Of a stretch of 64,000 nt of DNA, positions 54,214-64,000 are shown one piece after another. Made by a program: the position numbers and the translations under genes. Source of the stretch: Octopus vulgaris (taxonomy: Eukaryota); contig OX597815.1 of the NCBI GenBank assembly GCA_951406725.2, positions 95,170,001-95,234,000 on the forward strand, in the 5' to 3' direction. Each line of letters begins with the position of its first letter. Positions within the stretch are counted from its first letter, which is position 1. Below the pieces are notes generated by a model. It was not told where the DNA came from. It did not search any database and saw only the letters and a list, made by a program, of their open reading frames with translations.

Positions 54214-56499
54214 AATAATAATGATGATGATGATGATGATGATAACACTTGTTTCTTATTTGGCCGGTCTCTATGTCTGGTGTTTTTTGAAGGTTTCCAC
54301 AATTCTTTTTTCTGCAAATATTTTTATTATAGTCTCTCCGCTATTTATTGTACGGTGTTTAGGATGTACTCTTGTGATGAAACCTTTCTGCGTATTGTTT
54401 CTCTGTTGACGTATACGAGTTAATAGTTCTTTTGTTGTTTACTTATATGCTCGGGGGTTTTGAAGTTGCTTTGTGGGTATGTTTTTCTTGAATATGTTGA
54501 AATTTAGGTTGTGATAGAAGTGGAAATTGTGTTTGTTACCTTGAAAGAGTTCTGTTACAAAGATAACGCTATATGTTATATTCAAGGGTATTATCCAAGG
54601 TATCAGTAGTTTTCTGTTGAAAGTGTCTGTGGTGATAGTGGTGGTGTTGGTGATGATGGTAATCGTGCTGAGAATGTTGGTGTTTTGGAATGGAAGTTGA
54701 AGCTGGTGATAATGTATTGTAATTTAAATGTATCTTGATGGCACATTCAGAACCAACAGTGTTTTGCTATATTGCTTTTTTTTCCCTCTTATTTTCATTC
54801 CTGTCTATTGCGCACATTTTTTTCTGTTGCACTTGTCACTGTTGTAGGCAATGGGGTAGTCTTTGAGAGATGTGTTCCTTTTGTTGTTTTTATTACTGAT
54901 GTTTCCACTGTAGTTGGAGTTGTTTCTGTTGTTGATACTTCTTTCGCGGGGACCGATTATCATGTTGCAATTGTTTCTGTCTTTGTTTCTGCTACTACTG
55001 TTACACTTTATTGCTAATATTGCTGTTGTTCTTGTTCCCAGTATCGTTACTTTGTGATAGCGGCGTCGGCTGCGGAGATTCTGTATTTCTCACTTTTTGC
55101 GTTGAGAATTGAAAACTCTTAGAAAGCTTGGATCACAATATAACGGACATTTTGGTTTCTTAATCACAACCTCTATGATAGTCGCAAGCCAACTGGCAGA
55201 TTCATCACGTCTGGGATGACTTCCATTATTATTGACAAATTTGGAGCAGTATCTCCAATATTGTACCCGGGCAATTTTCTTTTTGTATGGAGCATAACAG
55301 TTGCCAGTATCCAGCCGATGTCTATTTCCCTCTCTCCATCAGATCGAAAATAGTTTGACGAGGATTTCACCACACCTTTAGGATGTTATATAACGCTTTC
55401 TGGTCTCCTTCTCGGTTGGGGATCTCACTTCAATTCTGTCAAACATTTTGCCTGCAGTAGAGTATGTTTGGATCCGTCAAATTGGTTTAAAACCTTTATA
55501 CACTTTTCAATTTCGTGTTGTGTCACTTGGGCCACTTTTGTGGATCTCGATCCTATCAACTGTATATAATACACATTTTGGGTGTACTACTGCACGTCTC
55601 TAAGATTGCTTTAGTATACCATTTTATATACTGTTTGTCCAAAATTGGTTAGGAACTGGCCAGTACTTTGCAAATCCTTCGATGATATAAAATCTAAATC
55701 TCCCATTTGAACCGCGTAAGCGAAGCTGTCAACTATTTGTTTGCTAGTCACGGTATAGCCATTATTTTATAGTTTTAGTATTAATGGTGACAGTAGCCAT
55801 GGTAATGTTGGCTGCATTTGTAGGCGTGGTACTGTTGCTGTTGATTTATTATTTTCGTCCTCCTAAGAATGCTTTTGTTTTTATTGTAGCTGCTTCTTTC
55901 TTTTGTGGTTGTCCAAATTGTTGCTGTCACTGCAATTTATTGGCGTCTTGGTGGTGCTGTCACTGTTGCTGTTAATTGTTTTCATTTTTGCTGGCATTGT
56001 TTTTGCTGCTTCTGTCGGCATTAGTGGCGATGTCGATGCATTGGCTTAAGATTTGTCAGGCTGTGCCGAAAGTACTGTTCCAGTTGTTATTTATATCCCA
56101 ACTGTAACCTGGTGACATGTTCGTCAATATGTATTCATTTTCGGTAAATGGTTATGTTTCAGAAAAATATACATATTCAAGATCCTAACATCTATGAGCA
56201 GTTGATTTATGATTGAAATCTTTATTGCACAATGAATAGCTAAAATTTTACAGAAAAGAGATGCATACATAGGTCAAGTCCCTCTGTGTGAGCTATGTAT
56301 ACCGGCCCGTAGTTTATAAGAACATAATCTATTTTAATGGAAGAGAGGAAACACAAAGCTAATGGTAGTTGAACATTTTGGTATTGAAACTTTGCTACTC
56401 ACTTGAATGTAGATTATTTGTAGATTATTTATGTGGTGTTTGTATGCAGAACAACAAAATTAACTTGGCGAAGAATAGTACTTCAAATATAGGTTTCAT

Positions 56500-57250
56500 T
56501 TCAGCTTTCTTGAGATTTACTTTCTAAATACGCTTGAAATATTTCCCTATTAATAAGAGAACCCTTTATCCCCGATCTTAATTGCAGCAAAGCTTTGTGG
56601 GAGGTTACAGATAACAACAGATTTTTTCAATTTGAGAGTTTGTAAAAATTTGTAACGGAAGTGGGATATTCAGTTTGTTTTGTATTCATCATTAGAGTGT
56701 GGGTACATTTCGATGGTAGTTATACGGGCTGCAATGAAGAAACATACACAATGCAATGAAGAAATATGTTTGACAGATTTTCCATTGAAAATGGGTTAAG
56801 ATATTTGTTCTAGAATTCAGTATTTTTTGTAATCATGCTTGTAGGTCTTCCGTACATGACATTTCAATGTGACAGGTTAAATGCGAGCGATTCCTTGTAT
56901 CATATGCTTCTGTTCTTAATAACAGTACATAGTTTTGATAGTCATTTACAAATATCAAGTACATCAAAATGAATAGAAAAAGAGCTGTAATGAAGTCCAT
57001 CCCCAGCAGTGTGTAAGGATGAAGTCAGACATGAAGTCTTTGATCCAAGACGTCACAGACGAATGAACAAAATATCTGTAATTTCATAAGAGACAACGGG
57101 TAGCTTCGAGGCTGAGTGCAGTAACACTGTATTTGCCATATTCTCAAGTAAGAGAGACCAAAGGTAATTGTCATAGAAGGGTAAACTCGCTGCAGTTAAA
57201 CTATGCAGTTGCTAATGTCCAACGAGAAAAGGTTGAAAACAGATTTGTTG
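56500..57250 (+). pseudogene. Possible very degenerate hAT-type transposase remnant
   Basis: HCICHIL at 57125-57145 (CxxH-like motif) and upstream YMTFQCD. Many stops, weak support. Confidence 0.3.
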
Positions 57251-58599
57251 ATTCTACTTGAATATGAGAAATGAGTATTGTTGGCTGGGTTAAATAAGGT
57301 ACCCTTACGTGGATAACATATCTCAACTTCAAGCAATGAGAATACTGTTCAGCATCTCGAACAAATTCCCGTTATGCTGTGTTCGCTTTTAGGGCATAAG
57401 TATATCTAAAGGGCACTGTATTTCAGTAAAAAGCAACGAGAGTTATTATTAGCTTTGTAAGACAATAATGAAGCAATTCCATGCTCATCGTTTAACCAAC
57501 GTTTACAAATGTTGCATTTATCTTTGTTGGGTATATGTATTCCACAGCGCTTCTATTTTTACAATAAGAGATTGAAGAATTTGGTAATGTTACAAGTTAG
57601 CTTTAAAGTACATGTCATGCTGACCGGCTGCTTTATTGGACTAAACTTATTGTAAATACATTTCTTTTTCAGTTATTCATGAAGCTTGGTTCCAAATATA
57701 TACTACATAATAAATTGTATAGATGTGACCATTCGGTTTTGTAGTGTTACTTATTTTATCTAATAGTATATGATCAATTTTGCCTTGCACATTTTATAAA
57801 AGGTTATAATTCAATTTCAAAGAAATTTGTATATTCTGATAGGTCGACTAGTTAAGTCAAAACTGCTCCACTGGGCCCAGCTGAAGAGTGTTTTCCTACA
57901 AAGAAACTGGTTGCAAAGTTTTTCTTGGAGATGGATAGTGTTTGACGGATTATATTGATTGATCAGGTGTGGAGTTGGGATCGAAATATAGCTATCTTTT
58001 GGCAAGGATCTAAGTAGACATTTGTTAGGCAAAACATCTCGCAAGTCGTGATACCCGAGGTATGCTCTGTATCTCTCCAGGTCGTGAATAACTTATTTCA
58101 TAATTACTAGAAAGTTTCCTTGGCTGTAGTACTGCAACAGATATGTAGTTGAACAGCTGTTGGGCTGCAAAAGCTCTTAGCATTAATATGCGAGGTACCT
58201 GAAAGCATTTGCCATGCTGTCGACTTGCTCATCTTCATTTTATAAAAAAGCAATGTCACATACAATTATTACTGATTAATGACTTTTGAGATATTATTAC
58301 GAGTGCGGAAACGTCAAGCTAACTGATGCTGAAGTCAATTTAATGTAAGTACCATGATACCAAAGGTCGATTGCATTGAGTTTGTCATTTTTATTCGTGG
58401 CGTTTCTACTTATTTTACACATATAGTACATTTTTGACTGTGATAAAGTAGGGTGTGTAGAAAATGAATCATTTAAATCATTTATGCCAACTTATCAATA
58501 TGCTGCATGGACATTCCACACAAATATTCAAATATATTCTATATAATGGCACATTTTGTTAAATAGCTCGTGATCCTTCCTTCATAATTTGTCTTATTT

Positions 58600-58990
58600 T
58601 GATCTCTTTACTAATTTTATTCATAGGAATGTTGATATGCTAGGGTGCCGCCTTGTAGTGTTTAGCCAAACAAATCCGCCTTATTGCTTATTTTCTAAAT
58701 TTGGTACTTATTCTCTCCGGCTCTATTGCTGAAATACTAAGTTACAGGGACGTAAATAATACCAACACTAGTTGCCAAGCGGTAGAAGGTGGGACTGAAA
58801 AACACAAAGACACACACATATATATATATATAATATGAGGGGTTTCCATACTGTTTTCAAGTACCAAATTCACTCACAAGGTATTGGTTGGCTTGGAGCT
58901 ATTGTAGAAACACTCCTTCCTGGGGATGCGTAGTGGGACTGAACTCGGAACCACGGGGTTACAAAGTAATATCCTTAACCACACACCTGC
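58600..58990 (-). mobile_element. Diverged SINE family B
   Basis: atgctagggtgccgcc...ggtacttattct...accaaattcactcacaagg...gtagtgggactgaactcggaacc. Confidence 0.8.
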
Positions 58991-61900
58991 TTCCAAAGAC
59001 ATAAAACTCTAATATCGCCTAAAGGACGCAAGCCTAATCCATCACCTTAATTATAACGGTCATGACGACCATAATGCTAATTAAATTGGAAAACAGCTAT
59101 ATTCCTTGCATTTAGTAGGAATTCGACTTACCTATGTCTGAATACTATCTCCTCTGCTCATATTGTGACTTTTACTATCTGTACTGAAATCCAAAATACT
59201 AAATAGTATGTTTCAAGATGTATTTATACTGTACCACAATAATATATCTATAACTTGGATATTATATCGTTAAAACCATCCCAATTGAAAAGTAGCTCTG
59301 TGGCAACTGCAGCGTATAAATATGATACTTATAATAACAACGCAGTCACGTTCTGTGTAAATGTTCGATGTTGCATTTATACACGGAAGAAAGGATTATA
59401 TTCTCGAAATTCAGCATTGTCACAGCTAAAGGTGTTTATATTTAATTCTTTCCTCTTTGTTCCCAAAATAAGTATTAAATTATTACCTGTTAGAATGAAA
59501 TTAGTTTCTGTACAAACGTTTTGCTTTCTATATTTACAGTCGAATTTATATTTTACTTCTGTTTTTCAGCGAGACCTGAGCTGGAACGTACAAGAATTAT
59601 TCTGGAAGCCGATCATAATAATAAGATTTAGCCAAAGGAATCTGCAACATATAAACATTTTCGAAGCATTTCGAACATTTCATGATTGCGTCATGAACCA
59701 TTAAAATATATTCTAAGTATTGCTTTTCTAAATGCTTTCTCTTCAGCGCAGTTGTTTACTACCAAATCATTATGCCATGCGTATCAACGATCAGAGGTTT
59801 TCCAGCATGGGCCAATTTATCTATTTTAAGGAGATCTAGGTACAAACGATCCAATGTGAATTTTTTTCTTTTCAAAATGTTCAGGGTAAGTACTTGCTAC
59901 TTCATAGCAAAGCGAAGAGACGTACTTTCTCTTATGTCTGCTGCTTTTGCAGATTTGCTCCCCGTCAACTCTGTTGGAACAGATGTCTGATCCAAGGCAT
60001 TCTAGCAGCCTTGTAGTGATGTGTAATCTGCTGCTCATTATTAAATATTTGGTTGTGATTGAGGGTAAGTTAGCAGCCATTTCTGACAGATCGAGAATCA
60101 TATGGAAATTTACTCGTTGCAATATTTTGCTTTGGTAGAAATCTGAACTAAATGTCGCCAGTTATATGTACATGAGATAAAATGAAATAGTTCTATTTTA
60201 AAAGAAGCTTTTTTCAAATTCCGCATTCTAAATGGAATAATTTAATTATTTATACACAAATAAATTTAATTCAGTTCAATTTTAAAGCAATTTTCAAAAC
60301 ATTGTTATCCCTAATATTTAAATTAAATCTTTATCTCATAGATTTGGTTAAATATGCCATTTCGTGAATATAGCGTAATTGCTTTTTATTGCAAATTTAT
60401 TTTGTGCTAATTTAAATGGTTTTAATAATGTAAATATTGAAGATACACAAGACAACGTTTGTGCATTAATAGTAACGTAATAATATTGTTATAAACCTTA
60501 ACTTTATTAATATACTAATATTGAATATTAATGTTCTCTGAAACATGATATTATTACCATGGTTAAATTAGGATGAAAAACGGGACAGAACCCTCCATGA
60601 GTTCAACGCTAGTAAAATGAATATCGCTCGTGTTCAAAGGATTTGAATACTCCCTATATGAAAAGGTACTGATGAACAAATAAATTAAGAAAATGATAAT
60701 ATATTGATCAAACCCTTTGAACTGAATCCAATGCTAAACCATTATATAGCGTAAGCGAAAATGTTTTGATTCTTTAAAATTACTATTGTGGAGTTAGCTT
60801 AATAGTTTTTAGTCAAAAATGATAAGGGGGAAAACCCAAAATTTAAATTGATAAAAATTGCTAAATCGCAGAAAGTGGACACCAAAATTCGAATGTACTG
60901 CTGAGATTTATATTCCACAATAAAACAATTACGTAACAAAATTTTAAGCTATAGGTGTAGTAATGTTGGCTGGTTTAGATTCTCTATAGTTTCTATCTAA
61001 GGGAATAGACATGATAATCAGATTTGGCACATAATAAAATGGACAATTTTTGAAAACCCTATCATAGTTTGTAAGGAAATATTTCATCAGCTACTGCACA
61101 TATGACGACCTCCCAAACATACACATACACCAAGATACTCACATAAAGACATATTCACAAGTGCACACATGTAATAACTATACTGAATAATCCTTACTTT
61201 GTACTACAAGCTATTTCTTTCTGTCAGCCTTTTGTTTCAGTCATCGCGCTAACCTCACCTATCCAGTAGTTCTCTCTCATCACGTTGTCTCCAGACGAAT
61301 GTCTTTTATATATTCTCTTTCCTATAGTAATTTTCCTTGTTTGTGTCTTAAGTTAAAAACACCATCGTAATTATTTGTTCTGTTTCAAACTAGTATTTCA
61401 TAACAATCTTTTATATTAGATCTATTTGTTTTCATTTGCAAGAATTTTCTAACGCCGCCGGTATTTTCAATCATAAGACTTATCTTCGTCTTGTATTGTC
61501 TGAACCCTTACGATTTCCATGCGGATATCTCAAACTTCTTCCAGACACAGTAACAGAAATTTTAGCTGATGAAATGACACGACATTCAAAGGCATTTTGG
61601 ATCAATGTTTGCCTTGTTTTTGTTTTAGGTAGAGGCGGTCTACGTCACTGTTTATTTGGAAATTCTGTGTGCTTCTTAGTATTTTTCAGATTTTTATATC
61701 AATGACTCGGATCATGTATGTATGTATGTATGTATGTATGTATGTATGTATGTATGTATGTATGTATGTATGTATGTATGTATGTATGTATGTATGTATG
61801 CATGCATGCATGTATGTATGTATGTATGTATGTATGTATGTATGTATCTGTATGTATATAAGTATGTGTGTATGTATGTATGTATCTGTATGTATATAAG

Positions 61901-62047
61901 TATGTGTGTATGTGCACCTGTATGCATGAGTAGTATAGCACCACGTAAACTATATTAATAATATTTGTGTCAGTTTGAGTTTATGTACACACACACACAC
62001 TCACATAGACACATACACACATTCACACACACACATACACACACATT

Positions 62048-62093
<46 letters not shown>

Positions 62094-62793
62094 CGCCTTA
62101 TATGCATATGTGTGCATAGATTTAATTAAAATCTTCATATTTTGTGCGAATTTTTATATTGATTGCTACAAAAAACCCATATATGTACTTACACTCTAAG
62201 TATGCGAATTTCTTAAATGTCTTTTTCTGTGATTAGTTATGATCTTATTACAAAAGAGCAAAAGAAAACAACTATTAGCATCCGTCTTTGAAGCAGTATG
62301 GTATTGATATGAGTGCAATATTATTGCAGAGTTATGAATTCTGTCAGTTCGGTATTTAAATTTCGGATACGCAAAATGTCGCTTAGAGTAGTGTGTGTTA
62401 GTTCGTATTTTATGATAATTCCATATATTTGTTGTATCTTTTACTTTAAGTTTGTCTTCCAACAAATCTTTCAAAGATTAAATATTTTTCATTGTTTAAT
62501 GATTTTGAAAAATCTTGATTTATAATACTTGACGAATGATTTTATATTATTTCACTGGTGTCAATACTTTTACTCTCCGATAGTTGAAATTTGTATTTAA
62601 AAATTGAATATAAAACCTATGAACGAGATCGTTTATCATTGATTTCTTGTACTTTCGAATACACAATCCGATTTTGAAATTATCCGCAGATAATATGGAT
62701 TATCTACACTTCGACAACAAAAAAATAATACAGTAATACTATTAGCACTGTATTTGTTTCTTATATTATATTTGTACAAAATATCCTATATGT

Positions 62794-62828
<35 letters not shown>

Positions 62829-62862
62829 CATACATGCATACAAAAATTCAGTCTTTCAAATA

Positions 62863-62922
<60 letters not shown>

Positions 62923-63344
62923 AATATATACATGTATGTGCATATTTATATTCATTATATGTATATGTATACGTTTTCGATTCGTATAGATTTATATCTA
63001 CTCCAAGTGAAATGTGTGGTTTGTTTTATTCTTTGTTCATTCCTATTTATAAATATACTCACTTATTAACATCCAAACATAACACAGATCGTTATCGAGA
63101 TAATACTGTATTTAAGAGAATTGATTTACTAATACACGAAACGTGTAAACTAGAATATAATAAACTCTTTGTTTTTAATAATTAAAAAGATGTGTATAAT
63201 CAGATATTTTTGTTAATGCTTTCTCTTATATAACTAATGATAACAGGGTAAATGCTACAAATATATCTCAAGAAATGTGGTCTTTTCGGGTCTCTAGTTA
63301 AATGTAATCCAAGCTTTTCCGTTGTTCAAATTCACTTTAGATCC

Positions 63345-63540
63345 CCAAAACGCGTCGGTGAAAATGCATCGTGGCATTTCCTCCATCACTTTATGTTCTG
63401 GTTTCAAATCCCACCGAATTAGACTTTGTCCTTCATCCATTGGGGATAGAAAAGTACTAGCTGAGTATTGGGGTTGATATAATCAACTAACCCCTCCCTA
63501 CAAAACAGACTTCAGGCGTCGTGGCTATATTAGAAAAGAT
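63345..63540 (+). mobile_element. Diverged SINE family A
   Basis: ttcaaatcccaccgaattagactttgtccttcatccattgggg...agtactagctgagtattggggttgat. Confidence 0.65.
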
Positions 63541-64000
63541 TTTTGACACCTAATCAATAATTTCAGGTTTCATATTCTTTATTAATTGGATGATTTAAGA
63601 AACGGTAGCATCACGTTTCTGTCTGTCTAGTAATGTCTAGTCTGTATTGTGGTTATATTGAGGCCCCATCGGATTTGTTTATGTCATGCTATTTCTCGCA
63701 ATATGTTTTCATTTTTTTACGTCCAGTAGTTTTCTTCGTGCTTAGTTGCTGAGTCGCTAACTTACACTCAGCAAGATACAAATACATAAAAGCATGGATT
63801 TGCAGTTAATTACATATCTGTATGTCTCTGCAACTCATTCGCTTTTCTGTTGTCCAAACTCCTTTAACCAAACTAACTAACAATCATCCTGAGGGTTGTT
63901 CTGGCCAACACACGCTCCGCTGTATACGCAAAGACTCATTGAAACCTAATCTGACTACGGGAAATTATTTCGAGTGGTCATTCCTTATACCTCTCTCATC

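Noticed and set aside
59255-59704. 149-aa ORF
   Set aside because: Non-ATG start, no recognisable domain and composition typical of AT-rich non-coding DNA.
61560-61600. CTGATGA-aatg..catt-CAAA motif (and CCGATGA at ~52148)
   Set aside because: The catalytic G12 or the GAAA strand is missing and stem I is not evident. At most these are decayed remnants.

Overview
AT-rich, microsatellite-dense eukaryotic (animal) genomic DNA. The SINE repertoire resembles what I recall of octopus/cephalopod genomes, which is an inference I cannot confirm here. No intact host protein-coding gene, rRNA, true tRNA gene or CRISPR array is supportable, and most ORF-track entries are translations of (TA)n, (TATG)n, (TATC)n or (TAA)n repeats. 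The window is mostly decayed mobile elements: two CR1-like LINE fragments, a cluster of R4/Dong-type LINEs in (TAA)n arrays, a Tx1-like LINE 3' end inside a (TATC)n array, two Tc1/mariner remnants, a non-autonomous Helitron, and at least three SINE families. The most notable signal is a Penelope-like element (PLE)/retrozyme landscape: two GIY-YIG endonuclease remnants with inverted terminal repeats and about seven type I minimal hammerhead-ribozyme motifs. Two hammerheads have canonical cores, one carries an apparent compensatory G3:C8 core swap, and one sits downstream of a tRNA-like Pol III head. All folds, alignments and translations were done by eye, so boundaries are approximate.
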